In this document: positions 20,468 through 30,154 of the stretch, one piece after another | Numbering within the stretch: the first letter of the stretch is position 1 | How the letters are laid out: each line of letters begins with the position of its first letter | NCBI GenBank assembly: GCA_965660445.1 | Contig: CBFIAK010000001.1 | Coordinates: forward strand, 224,001-288,000 | Direction of reading: 5' to 3' | Length of the DNA: 64,000 bases | From: Patescibacteria group bacterium | GTDB lineage: Bacteria; Patescibacteriota; Gracilibacteria; UBA4473 | Made by a program: the position numbers and the translations under genes | Notes under the pieces: model-generated | Database searches by the model: none | What the model was told of the DNA's origin: nothing | Seen by the model: only the letters and a program-made list of their open reading frames with translations

Positions 20468-22234
20468 ATGTCGAGTCTTAAAATAAAAGTAGGAATCCAC
20501 GATTCGTTAAAAGACGTGATTCAGTGTATTGCACAATCAAATACTCAAAAAATAGTGTTTCAGTGTGAGCGTGGAGTTGTGCTTTTCTCTGATATTGCAG
20601 CTCTTAAAAAAATAAAACAGGAAGCAGAGACGCATTCTGTAGAGTGTGTGTTTATAACATCACAAGAATTTGTACGAAAAATACTAGAGTTTCAAAAATT
20701 TACAGTTTTTTCTTCGATAGAGGAATACGGAGAAGATACAGAAACGCCATGGATGGCATTATCTCATTGGAAAGAGATACATACCAAACCGAAACACGTG
20801 CAAGAGGAAAATAAAGATGAGTCTTTCCCGAGTATAGTGCAAAAAGAAGAAAGTAATGAGGATATTCAATTAGACGATGAAGAGGGTGATTCGACGGTAT
20901 CTTCTTCGTTTGAAGTGCGTACTATTGATGACGATATTAAAAAACCAAAACGAGGAATCATCTTTTTTCTCGGTGTTTTTCTTATTGCATTGCTTGTGTT
21001 TTTGATTTTATGGCTTTCTCCTCGGGCGGTTGTGTTTATAAAACCAGAAGTATCGGTGGTGCCCTTGACACAGAACTTTTTGATTCAGCTTCCGCTTCCC
21101 GATGGTGTTGATACGGGGACAGTATTGCTTCCGACAATTCGTGGTATTTATGTGGAAAATGAAGTACAAGAAACGCAAACATTTCCAACAACGGGAAAAG
21201 AGTATGACCTGACTAATGCGTATGGAAGCGTGACGCTGTATAATGAAACAACGAGTCCTAAATTTCTTGTTCCTTCTCGATTATCTACGACGGATGGAGT
21301 TATTTTTCGGTTTTCAGAAGAAGTTACTATTCCTCCAAAAGTAGGAGACACTCCTGGAAGTATTATTGTGAATGTTGTTGCCGATCCCTATGATGCAGAT
21401 GGAAATCCGATTGGGCATCGTGGGAATATACCAGCGGGTACGGAACTTTTTTTTCCAGCACTGAGAGATGATTTACGAGAAATATTTTATGGAATTGCTA
21501 ACCGTGGACCTTTAGTGGGTGGGTCAACCTTGACACATTACTTTATGGCTGATGATGATATTGCCAAAACACGAGAATTTTTAGAAGAATCTTTTCGTCA
21601 TAGAGCACTTCAAAAACTCAAAGAAGAAGTAGAAGCTCGTTCTTTACGGGAAGGGAAAAACTATATTCTTCTTGATCATCCGGCTTTGTTGCAAACAGAA
21701 ATTATAGAAGAATCATTTCCAGAAGAATTAGTGGGACAGGCTATTGAAACTTTTGATGTATATGTGAATTTAAAACTTCAGGGAATTGTGTTTGATCAAG
21801 GTGAAATTATAGAGTTTTTAAAAAGCAAAGCAGAAGAAGTGCAAGACGAAAGGAAAAAACTTTTATATGTTGATCCTGTTTCTGCTAATTATGCAGTTCT
21901 TCCTACATTAGAGCTTATTGTGGCGACGAATAATACAGAAACAGAAGAGCAAGAAGCTCAGCCGAGAAAGTACGTAAATGAAATAAATCAAGTAAAGATA
22001 TCTGTACAAATGAAAGGTATCGAGATGTATGACTTTTATGCTTCTTCTTTGGATTCAGAGGAATGGAGATTGTCGCTTAAAAAAGAAATCGCAGGACGAT
22101 CTCGTCAGGAAGCATTAGGAATTTTGACGAATTTTCCAGAAATAGAAAACATAACCGATATTCATATTTCTCCTTTTTGGTCACAGTCAATTCCGTTATT
22201 ACTCGATCAAATTGAGTTTGTGGTACAGGAATAG
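20468..22234 (+). CDS. Single-TM protein with baseplate-J-like extracytoplasmic region (CPR-type)
   Basis: TM at about aa 165-185, A.GSVTLYN..RL.T.DG.IF..VTIP..PG.I.V.V.AD. Confidence 0.7.
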   Translation: MSSLKIKVGIHDSLKDVIQCIAQSNTQKIVFQCERGVVLFSDIAALKKIKQEAETHSVECVFITSQEFVRKILEFQKFTVFSSIEEYGEDTETPWMALSHWKEIHTKPKHVQEENKDESFPSIVQKEESNEDIQLDDEEGDSTVSSSFEVRTIDDDIKKPKRGIIFFLGVFLIALLVFLILWLSPRAVVFIKPEVSVVPLTQNFLIQLPLPDGVDTGTVLLPTIRGIYVENEVQETQTFPTTGKEYDLTNAYGSVTLYNETTSPKFLVPSRLSTTDGVIFRFSEEVTIPPKVGDTPGSIIVNVVADPYDADGNPIGHRGNIPAGTELFFPALRDDLREIFYGIANRGPLVGGSTLTHYFMADDDIAKTREFLEESFRHRALQKLKEEVEARSLREGKNYILLDHPALLQTEIIEESFPEELVGQAIETFDVYVNLKLQGIVFDQGEIIEFLKSKAEEVQDERKKLLYVDPVSANYAVLPTLELIVATNNTETEEQEAQPRKYVNEINQVKISVQMKGIEMYDFYASSLDSEEWRLSLKKEIAGRSRQEALGILTNFPEIENITDIHISPFWSQSIPLLLDQIEFVVQE

Positions 22235-22236
22235 AA

Positions 22237-22503
22237 GAATTCTTCGAATTCAGAATCTTGAATCTTGAATCTGGAGTCTTGAATAAATCGCAGGAATCGC
22301 AGGAATCACAAAAAAATCACAAGGATTTGCACAGCCTTATGATTTTTCCTTATTTCTTAATCTTCATCTCAATCTTATTTCTTAAAACAGAGACCGGTCT
22401 CCAACTTTTAGCTTTGTTGTGCGTTTTTTTGTTTTTTTGAAATCATTTTATAATATTGTTTTAGATTCCGGATTCGAGCGCCTCAGCGCTCTTGCGATTC
22501 CCT
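22237..22503 (+). repeat. Modular intergenic repeat, copy 1
   Basis: GAATCT heptamers, AATAAATCGCAGGAATCAC, CACAAGG..CCTTATG hairpin, AGAGACCGGTCTCC (22389-22402), GATTCGAGCGCCTCAGCGCT. Confidence 0.9.
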
Positions 22504-22526
22504 CTAAGAGAACGTATACTGACGTT

Positions 22527-22997
22527 ATGTATATAATTGGGATTGATCCGGGGTATGATCGTTGTGGGTTTGCGGTATTGCGTTTCTCTCAAGAAAACCA
22601 ATCACCAATTATCGAGCTTACAGGAGTGCTGACAACTCAGAAAACACAAACATTCCAAAATCGTTTATATGAAATTGGAACCGATATTGAAAAACTGTTT
22701 CAGCGGTTTCCACCGACATGTGTTGTTTTAGAAGATTTATTCTGGGGAAAAAATCATAAAACAGCCTTATTAGTCTCTCAAATTAGAGGCGTTATTACCT
22801 ATCAAGCGTTGCAACATGGAGCTATTGTAAAAGAACCAAAACCAGTGGAAGTAAAAAATATGTTTACTGGAAACGGAAAAGCAACCAAACAAGAAATGAA
22901 GAAAATGGTTGAGCTTGTATTTCAAATCAATGCACAAGATATTCTAGACGATACTATAGATGCTATCGCTATGGCGGCTATAGCGAATGTAGCTTGA
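22527..22997 (+). CDS. ruvC: Holliday junction resolvase RuvC
   Basis: IIGIDPG, LEDLF, RGV, P.EVK...TGNGKATK, DD.IDAIAMA. Confidence 0.94.
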   Translation: MYIIGIDPGYDRCGFAVLRFSQENQSPIIELTGVLTTQKTQTFQNRLYEIGTDIEKLFQRFPPTCVVLEDLFWGKNHKTALLVSQIRGVITYQALQHGAIVKEPKPVEVKNMFTGNGKATKQEMKKMVELVFQINAQDILDDTIDAIAMAAIANVA

Positions 22998-23030
22998 CTA
23001 AACGAATAAATATATTGTATAATATAAAGG

Positions 23031-24035
23031 ATGGACTCAAAAGATACGTCTAAAGAAGAAAATAAAAAGATAATTCCTTCAGAAGAATCTGATATTTCTG
23101 TGAAAAAAAAACCACCAGTTGTGGCGGCGGAGTCGAGTGCTGTGATCGATGAGGATGACGAAGCACTGTATGATGAAGATGAAGACGAAGATCTTTTGGT
23201 CGAAAACGATGGCGATTTTTTTTGGTTATTACAACGAGCAATATGGACTATTGTGAAAATTCTTTTTTCTTTTGGGGCGCTCTTTTTGATTGTTTGGGTT
23301 ATTTGGAGTGATGATGAAGAAGTATCTGTACAAGAAACTGAGCAACAAGCCGAGTCTGTGCAAGAAAACACTCCCTCAGTTGATCCAGTTCAAACACAAA
23401 CGGCGAAAAAACAGTTACCGGTTGAAAAGGCGACTCCTGTTTCTTCAGAGCCATCCCCTGCGTTTCAAAATCGTGCTGTGCAGGATGCCCTTCAGGAAGA
23501 AATCATCTTAAGAGATGATATTGGAGTTTATATGCAATGGAATAAACGAGTGAAGACTTTTTTTGAAACCCGCATGGATGTTACTCGTTGGGGGGAATCT
23601 CCAGAAGTTCGATCACAATCACTCGATAAATTTTTAGACGATATTTATACCTTTGTTACGGAATCTATTCACCTGCGGAGACAGCTCGTTCAGAAACTCA
23701 ATGGGTACTATAATGGTATTACGCATAATACAGAACTTATCGAATATCACACCCTGCGTTTAAATGAAGCATTGTCTTTAGTGCGTCCAGATGAAGTTGA
23801 GTTTCACGTGTATAAAAAAATAGCGTTCCAGAAACAACGAGAACAAAACACGGTTTTTTATGATACGAATAAATACGCACTCCAAATGATGGAAATGTAC
23901 GATAAAGCTCTCAGAGATGTTTATTATAAAGCACAAGCCAACAAAAGAGCTCTTATTTATAATATTCAAGTCGTGCAGTTTCAAGACGATCCATTTGCAA
24001 GAGTTTTAACACCTGCACAGTGGCAATCGCGATAA
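23031..24035 (+). CDS. Hypothetical single-TM protein with helical C-terminal domain
   Basis: Acidic N-terminus, TM at about aa 70-92, 334 aa. Confidence 0.75.
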   Translation: MDSKDTSKEENKKIIPSEESDISVKKKPPVVAAESSAVIDEDDEALYDEDEDEDLLVENDGDFFWLLQRAIWTIVKILFSFGALFLIVWVIWSDDEEVSVQETEQQAESVQENTPSVDPVQTQTAKKQLPVEKATPVSSEPSPAFQNRAVQDALQEEIILRDDIGVYMQWNKRVKTFFETRMDVTRWGESPEVRSQSLDKFLDDIYTFVTESIHLRRQLVQKLNGYYNGITHNTELIEYHTLRLNEALSLVRPDEVEFHVYKKIAFQKQREQNTVFYDTNKYALQMMEMYDKALRDVYYKAQANKRALIYNIQVVQFQDDPFARVLTPAQWQSR

Positions 24036-24051
24036 AGCTATTATTGTTGAG

Positions 24052-24510
24052 TTATTGTGGAAAAGCCCATCCTTTAACCTCACTTTCATCAATCCACGTT
24101 TGAGTTTCTTGTAATATAAAGTCCCAACCAACTTTTGTTTTCGTTCCATGAGCAAGTAAAACTTTATCATCTTGTGTATGAATAAGTATTTGTGTACTCT
24201 TTGGTGGTTTTATTTTTGATAAATAATTAAATTTTCTACCATCTTCACATTCGTAACAACAACCTATATCTGAAGTATGATTTGTAAGAGAATGTTCTTC
24301 AGTTTCAATAGAATTCAGGAGTTTATATACGTATTTTGAAAATTCATCACTCGTTTGAAACACCGGATGAAGAATTTCAGTTTTTAAACTATGGAGTCGG
24401 AGGGTGTCTTTATCTTGAATAGCTTCTTGTATTCGTTTTTGGAAATGAGCGCAGAAATCTTCGGGAGAATGAAATTGATGTATTTGTTCGTAATGGGATT
24501 CGTAGTTCAT
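24052..24510 (-). CDS. Hypothetical protein
   Basis: 152-aa ORF, ATG start. Confidence 0.6.
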   Translation of the reverse strand: MNYESHYEQIHQFHSPEDFCAHFQKRIQEAIQDKDTLRLHSLKTEILHPVFQTSDEFSKYVYKLLNSIETEEHSLTNHTSDIGCCYECEDGRKFNYLSKIKPPKSTQILIHTQDDKVLLAHGTKTKVGWDFILQETQTWIDESEVKGWAFPQ

Positions 24511-24591
24511 AATAGTAAATGAGTATGAATTTTTCAGAAAAAATTATAGTCTTTGAACGAAAAAAATCAAAAAAAACAAGGAATCCTTTAT

Positions 24592-24619
24592 TTGACAAAA
24601 AGAGAATGCTCGTTAATAT
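24592..24619 (+). promoter_or_regulatory. Promoter of tRNA-fMet/tRNA-Leu pair
   Basis: TTGACA-N16-TAATAT. Confidence 0.6.
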
Positions 24620-24642
24620 GCATGCGTTCTTTTTATACATAT

Positions 24643-24717
<75 letters not shown>

Positions 24718-24724
24718 CAAAAAA

Positions 24725-24814
24725 GCACGAGTGGCGGAATTGGTAGACGCGCTAGCTTGAGGGGCTAGTGAGATATTTTTTCTCGTGGAGGTTCAAGTCC
24801 TCTCTCGTGCACCA
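24725..24814 (+). tRNA. tRNA-Leu (GAG)
   Basis: GCACGAG/CTCGTGC acceptor, loop TT-GAG-GG, long variable arm, encoded CCA. Confidence 0.95.
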
Positions 24815-24820
24815 GAAGAG

Positions 24821-25262
24821 CAGTGAAGTGAAAATTAGAATCTTGAATCTGGAATCTAGAATCTAGAATAAATCGCAGGAATCACAAAACAATCACAAGG
24901 TTGTGCAAAGACTTGTGATTTTTCCTTATTTCTTAATCTTCATCTCAATCTTAATTCTTATAAAATGGAGACCGGTCTCCGTTTTTTGTAGTTATAGACT
25001 AAAAAATAATTAAAGCTTGAGAGTTTGACATGCAAAAGTTTATGTTTAAGCCAAAAGTTGGAGACCGGTCTCCAACTTTTGGCTTTGTTGTGCGTTTTTT
25101 TGTTTTTTTAGGGTTGTTGTATAATAATAGAATCTTGAATCTAAATAAGAATCTGGAATTTTGAATCTTGAATCTTGAATCTAGAATAAATCGCAGGAAT
25201 CACAAGGTTGTGCAAAGACTTGTGATTTTTTCCATAATTCCTAATTCATACTTCCTACTTCT
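24821..25262 (+). repeat. Modular intergenic repeat, copy 2 (long form, two palindromes)
   Basis: GGAGACCGGTCTCC at 24967-24980 and 25060-25073; perfect 38-bp palindrome 25048-25085; two CACAAGG..ACTTGTG hairpins; heptamer arrays. Confidence 0.92.
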
Positions 25263-25409
25263 AAACTCACAGATTTTATTTCGATTGACTCTTTCTTTAT
25301 TTTTGTAATACTTTGGTCTGTACTTTGAGTGTGTTTTAGAGAGAACAGCAAAACTAGGAAAAGATTGAAAAAACCTCATTTTTCTGGTATAATAGAGTTT
25401 CTGCAATTC

Positions 25410-27839
25410 ATGAAAAAACACAAAAAAATTCTGCTGAGATTATCAGTCCCTCAAAATAATAAGAGAGGGCCAGTTGCTTTTGAGCAGATTTTAGCGAGTC
25501 TTCATGGACTTCTGACAAAAGAAATCCAACGAAGTGGAGACGAGGAAATAACGTTTGAAATTGTGCGAAAAGATCGTCGTATCTATTTTTATATTGTCGT
25601 ATCTACGCATTTGCAAACACTTATTGCGTCTCAGTTTTATGCGCAATACCCAGATATTGAAATCGAAACAGTGAAAGAATATTTTACAAAAAACTTTATT
25701 AAAGGAAAACAACTTCTGCTTGCCGATCTTCAGCCAGGAGAACCATGGGTGTTCCCTTTTAAACGACATCCTCAATTTTTCGATAGCTCATCAGGGCTTT
25801 TTGAAGATCCTATTGGTCCTATAACCGCTGCATTATCACATCTGCAAAATATAGAAGATTCAGCCGTTATTCAGTTCGTTATTACTCCTATTGATCCAAC
25901 TTGGAACAATAGAGCTAAAAAAGTATTAAAACGGTTTATGAGTGGTGGTGTTTGGGATTGGCAATGGCTGAGAGATAAGTATCAATGGGTAATGCTTGAT
26001 CCAAGCACTGAAAAATCGGTTCAGAAGTTCTTTGTACGAAAACTTATTGATGTTTTCTTCTGCTGGAGCGGAAATGCCGCAATGCCTGTATCAGGCGGGC
26101 AAACAGAAGCAACATCAGGAAAACATGATCGGGAAACAGTATTTGATGCCGCGTATGACAAAACAACACGTCTTAATTTTGGAACGAACATACGAGTTAT
26201 GTATATCCATAAAGACCCAGATAGCGCTCATGCAGATGCAAAAATACGTGAAATAGCAGGAACGTTTCAACAGTTTTCGTTACCGCAAATGAACCATTTT
26301 ATCGTTCAACGTATCGAACGAAATCACCAAAACCAGTTATTTAAAGATATGGTTGCTCGACGCAACCGAAATCCATTTGCATTGAGCCAAGAAGAATTAG
26401 CAACAATATACCATTTGCCAACAGAAACAGTCAGAAGTGCGGGGATTCAATGGGTAATTTCTCCGAAACTAGAACCTCCAGTCGATCTTCCTTCCGATAA
26501 CGAAGAAAGTATTACTCTTATTGGAGAAACAAATTTTAGAAACCAAAAACAAAAATATGGTATTCGTGTCGATGACCGTCGTCGACATGTGTATATCATC
26601 GGGAAAACAGGTATGGGGAAATCAACACTATTGGAAAATATGATTTTTTCAGATATTGCCGCCGGAAAAGGAGTAGGGATTATCGATCCACATGGAGATT
26701 TGGCAGAAGCAGTAATGCGATTTATCCCAAAACATAGAACAAATGATGTTATCTATTTTGATCCTTCAGATCGTGATTTTCCAATTGCGTTTAATATGTT
26801 GGAAGGAAAAAATAAAGAACAAAGAAGTCTTATTGCTTCTGGACTCGTTGGCGTTATCAAAAAATTAAATATTGATTCATGGGGACCACGACTTGAGCAT
26901 TTCTTAAGAAATACAATATTAGCCTTAGTTGAAGCACCAGATACAACTATGCTTGGGATTACACGTATGCTTGTCGATCCAGTCTATAAAGAAAAAATAC
27001 TTCATTTTGTTCAAGATCCTATGGTTCAGAGTTTTTGGAGAACAGAGTTTGATAAACTAGCCCCTCAAAAACGAGCAGAAGCTATCGGACCTATCCAAAA
27101 CAAAGTTGGTCAATTTCTCGCAACCCCTATTATCAGAAATATCGTTGGACAACCAAAATCAACCCTTGATATTCGGTTTGCTATGGACTCTGGGAAAATC
27201 GTTATTGTTAACCTTTCAAAAGGAAAAATAGGAGAAGATAATTCCTCTATGCTCGGATCACTCCTTATTACAAAGTTTCAAATTGATGCAATGAGCCGAG
27301 CCGATATCCCTGCAAAAGATCGACGAGATTTCTATTTGTACGTAGACGAGTTTCAAAATTTTGCTACCGATTCGTTTGCATCTATTCTTTCTGAAGCTCG
27401 AAAATATAAACTCAATCTTACTATGGCCAATCAATACGTAGCGCAAATGTCAGACGAAGTGAAAGCGGCTGTATTTGGAAATGTAGGATCCCTTGTGTCA
27501 TTTCAGGTAGGAATTGATGATGCTCGTGTGTTTTCAGAACAGTTTGATCCAGAAGTTGTTGAACCTATTCATTTAGCTTCTGTCCCTAAGTATTCAGTGT
27601 ATAATCGTATTATGGTTGATGGAATCACTTCTCCTGTTTTTTCAGCTGTAACGTTACCGCCACCAGATATTCAAGCCGATGAAGATCGAGAAGAACGGTA
27701 CCAAAAAATATTAAAATTCTCTCGTCAAAGATACGCAAAACCACGCGATACAGTAGAAAACAAGATTATTCGATGGACTCGCCCAGAAGAAGAAAAACGG
27801 AAAAAGAAAGACGATGATGTCGATGACAAATCAAGATAA
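25410..27839 (+). CDS. TraD/VirD4/HerA-superfamily P-loop ATPase (CPR-type T4SS coupling-like protein)
   Basis: DRRRHVYIIGKTGMGKST, IIDPHGDL, LYVDEFQNF, LSEARKY, ANQY. Confidence 0.88.
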   Translation: MKKHKKILLRLSVPQNNKRGPVAFEQILASLHGLLTKEIQRSGDEEITFEIVRKDRRIYFYIVVSTHLQTLIASQFYAQYPDIEIETVKEYFTKNFIKGKQLLLADLQPGEPWVFPFKRHPQFFDSSSGLFEDPIGPITAALSHLQNIEDSAVIQFVITPIDPTWNNRAKKVLKRFMSGGVWDWQWLRDKYQWVMLDPSTEKSVQKFFVRKLIDVFFCWSGNAAMPVSGGQTEATSGKHDRETVFDAAYDKTTRLNFGTNIRVMYIHKDPDSAHADAKIREIAGTFQQFSLPQMNHFIVQRIERNHQNQLFKDMVARRNRNPFALSQEELATIYHLPTETVRSAGIQWVISPKLEPPVDLPSDNEESITLIGETNFRNQKQKYGIRVDDRRRHVYIIGKTGMGKSTLLENMIFSDIAAGKGVGIIDPHGDLAEAVMRFIPKHRTNDVIYFDPSDRDFPIAFNMLEGKNKEQRSLIASGLVGVIKKLNIDSWGPRLEHFLRNTILALVEAPDTTMLGITRMLVDPVYKEKILHFVQDPMVQSFWRTEFDKLAPQKRAEAIGPIQNKVGQFLATPIIRNIVGQPKSTLDIRFAMDSGKIVIVNLSKGKIGEDNSSMLGSLLITKFQIDAMSRADIPAKDRRDFYLYVDEFQNFATDSFASILSEARKYKLNLTMANQYVAQMSDEVKAAVFGNVGSLVSFQVGIDDARVFSEQFDPEVVEPIHLASVPKYSVYNRIMVDGITSPVFSAVTLPPPDIQADEDREERYQKILKFSRQRYAKPRDTVENKIIRWTRPEEEKRKKKDDDVDDKSR

Positions 27840-28040
27840 GAATCTTGAATCTGGAATCTAAATAAGAATCCGGAATCTGGAATCTTGAATCTTGAATAAA
27901 TCGCAGGAATCACAAAAATCACAAGGCTGTGCAAAGCTTTGTGATTTTTTCTATAATTCATAATTCTGAAATCGGAGATTTCACTGCGCTTCTGCGATGG
28001 GAACAAGATTCCAGATTCCGGATTCGAGCGCTTTAGCGCT
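27838..28040 (+). repeat. Modular intergenic repeat, copy 3 (no GGAGACC palindrome)
   Basis: GAATCT arrays on the left, GATTC arrays on the right, CACAAGG..TTTGTG hairpin, AGCGCTTTAGCGCT. Confidence 0.88.
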
Positions 28041-28047
28041 TATTTCA

Positions 28048-28488
28048 CTACGCAAAGGTTGATCCTGTTTTTTCAAGTGCTGTTTTTGCACTCGCAGAAA
28101 CAAGTATTCCTTGATCAATAGATACTTTTTTAGAACATTCTCCATCACCAAGAATTTTTACTTTTCCATCGTTTCGATGAATGAGTTTTTTAGCAAGCAA
28201 TGTTTCGTAAGAAATGGTTTCACCCGCTTCGAAATGGTTTTCAATATCAGCAAGATTTAATGTCTTTGCTTCAACACGGTTTGGGTTTCGAAACCCTCCT
28301 TTTTTTGGCATTCTTTGAATTAAAGGCGTCTGACCTCCTTCAAATCCAATTCGAACACCTCCACCAGATCGTGCGTTTTGTCCTTTACATCCGCGTCCAG
28401 CAAATGTTCCGTTACCAGTACCAATTCCTTGCCCTTTTCTTTTAGGGGCTTTTCGAGGAACATTCGGTTTGAGTTCGTGTAATTTCAT
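28048..28488 (-). CDS. rplO: 50S ribosomal protein L15
   Basis: GRGCKGQNARSGG, FEGGQTPL.QRMPK.GF. Confidence 0.97.
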   Translation of the reverse strand: MKLHELKPNVPRKAPKRKGQGIGTGNGTFAGRGCKGQNARSGGGVRIGFEGGQTPLIQRMPKKGGFRNPNRVEAKTLNLADIENHFEAGETISYETLLAKKLIHRNDGKVKILGDGECSKKVSIDQGILVSASAKTALEKTGSTFA

Positions 28489-28528
28489 GAGAATAAAAAA
28501 TGAGTGAGGAAATGAAAGAAAAGAAGTC

Positions 28529-29200
28529 TTATTTCTTTTTTGTTTTTGCCGTTGGTTTCTTTGATGGCGCTTTTTCTACTGCTTTTTCTGCTGCGCTTTC
28601 TTTTTTTGGAGTGTCTGATGATGCTTCTTCTTTGCTATCAGTTGCTTTTTTAGGGTTTGGGTCTTGATTAACCATTGCTTCAAGTGCCGAAAATGTTGCA
28701 CGAGTAACGTTGAGTTTGTTTCGTGATCCGTGTACTTTTGAAAGTACGTCTTTTACGCCCGCAAGTTCAAGAATTTTTCGAACAGCTCCTCCAGCAATAA
28801 TCCCTTTCCCTTCAGTTGCTGGAAAAAGAAGTACTTGTGATGCTTTGAAATTTCCTTTCTGTGGATGAGGTAATGTTCCATTAAAAATGGGAATGTGAAT
28901 CATGCTTTTTTTTGCCTTTGAAACAGCTTTTTGAATTCCAATCATTACTTCTGCAGATTTCCCGATTCCAAACCCAACACGTCCTTTTTGGTCCCCAATA
29001 ATCACAGATACTCGAAACCGGAGTCGTCGACCTCCTTTTACCACACGAGTTACTCGATCAATCTGAAGAATTGATTCTTCAAACTCTTTCACTTCTCGTG
29101 GTTTTTTGTCTCGAGAAACTCTTCGTTGAGGTCTTTTTTCAGAAACAGGTGCGTCTGAATGTTGTTTTTGTTCTGGTGCTGTTGTAGTTTGTTCTGTCAT
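28529..29200 (-). CDS. rpsE: 30S ribosomal protein S5
   Basis: RVTRVVKGGRRLRF, GIIAGGAVR..LELAG. Confidence 0.97.
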   Translation of the reverse strand: MTEQTTTAPEQKQHSDAPVSEKRPQRRVSRDKKPREVKEFEESILQIDRVTRVVKGGRRLRFRVSVIIGDQKGRVGFGIGKSAEVMIGIQKAVSKAKKSMIHIPIFNGTLPHPQKGNFKASQVLLFPATEGKGIIAGGAVRKILELAGVKDVLSKVHGSRNKLNVTRATFSALEAMVNQDPNPKKATDSKEEASSDTPKKESAAEKAVEKAPSKKPTAKTKKK

Positions 29201-29215
29201 GAAGTAATGAAGTAA

Positions 29216-29560
29216 TTAAAAGTTAAGCCCCCCTTCTCGAGCTTTTTCTGCAAGTGCTTTGATTTGTCCATGGTATTGATACCCGTTTCTATCAAATGCA
29301 ACATCAGTTATTTTATGAGTTTTTGCAATATCAGCAATCATGAGCCCTACCTTTTGTGCGGCAGCAATTCCAGTTTCTTTCAAAGATAATCCAGAAGTCG
29401 ACCCAAGAACCTTTCCCGTTGTGTCATCAAACAATGATGCATATATAGTTCGGTTTGAACGATAGACAATAAGTCGCACACGACCAGATTGGCGTGCTAA
29501 AGCATGTGTTCGTCGTGATCGAGCAAGTCGTCGAGATGTTTTCAATTGAGTAGTTTTCAT
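29216..29560 (-). CDS. rplR: 50S ribosomal protein L18
   Basis: RLIVYRSN, FDRNGYQYHG, AREGGL. Confidence 0.95.
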   Translation of the reverse strand: MKTTQLKTSRRLARSRRTHALARQSGRVRLIVYRSNRTIYASLFDDTTGKVLGSTSGLSLKETGIAAAQKVGLMIADIAKTHKITDVAFDRNGYQYHGQIKALAEKAREGGLNF

Positions 29561-29572
29561 ATCAAATCAAAT

Positions 29573-30124
29573 TTATTTTTTAGAAACAGATTTACCAGCT
29601 TTTCGAAGAATGTATTCTCCTTGGTATCGAATCCCTTTTCCTTTATAGGGTTCTGGTTTTTTGTATGACCGAATTTCAGCAGCCACTTGCCCAACCAATT
29701 GTTTGTCAGTTCCAGAAATCGTAAATACCGTTTGGCTTTTTTCCGCAAAAGTAACAGTTATTCCCTGTGGAATTGCGTGATTGACTACATGTGAGAACCC
29801 AAGATAGAGTTCTACCATGTCGCCTTTTACCGATCCTCGATATCCCACTCCTTTGATTTCAAGTGTCTTTTCAAATCCTTTCGTTACACCTTCAAACATA
29901 TTCGCAATAAGACTTCTGTAAAGACCATGACGAGCACGTGACGCCTGACTTTCATCAATTGGAGACACAGTGACTATTTGGTTTTCTTGTGTCACACGAA
30001 CCAATGCTGGTTCGTATTGTTGCACAAGCTCTCCTTTGGGTCCTTTTGCTTTTAATATATCAGCTTCAATGGTGAGTGTTACACCAGAAGGGATTGAAAT
30101 CGGTAGTTTTCCTATTCGAGACAT
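29573..30124 (-). CDS. rplF: 50S ribosomal protein L6
   Basis: MSRIGKLPI, KPEPYKGKGIRY. Confidence 0.97.
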   Translation of the reverse strand: MSRIGKLPISIPSGVTLTIEADILKAKGPKGELVQQYEPALVRVTQENQIVTVSPIDESQASRARHGLYRSLIANMFEGVTKGFEKTLEIKGVGYRGSVKGDMVELYLGFSHVVNHAIPQGITVTFAEKSQTVFTISGTDKQLVGQVAAEIRSYKKPEPYKGKGIRYQGEYILRKAGKSVSKK

Positions 30125-30154
30125 GAAATGTAAGAATTAAATCGATAATGAAAA

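Noticed and set aside
20468-22234. Prophage or contractile injection system from the baseplate-J-like protein
   Set aside because: Single membrane-anchored gene among housekeeping genes with no other phage genes.
22258-22440. Small ORFs inside repeat copies (22258-22440, 27725-28006, 49757-50038, 63605-63805)
   Set aside because: Low-complexity translations of the heptamer repeats; frames are not preserved between copies.
24725-27839. Integrative conjugative element at tRNA-Leu
   Set aside because: No integrase, relaxase, mating-pair genes or duplicated tRNA 3' end seen.
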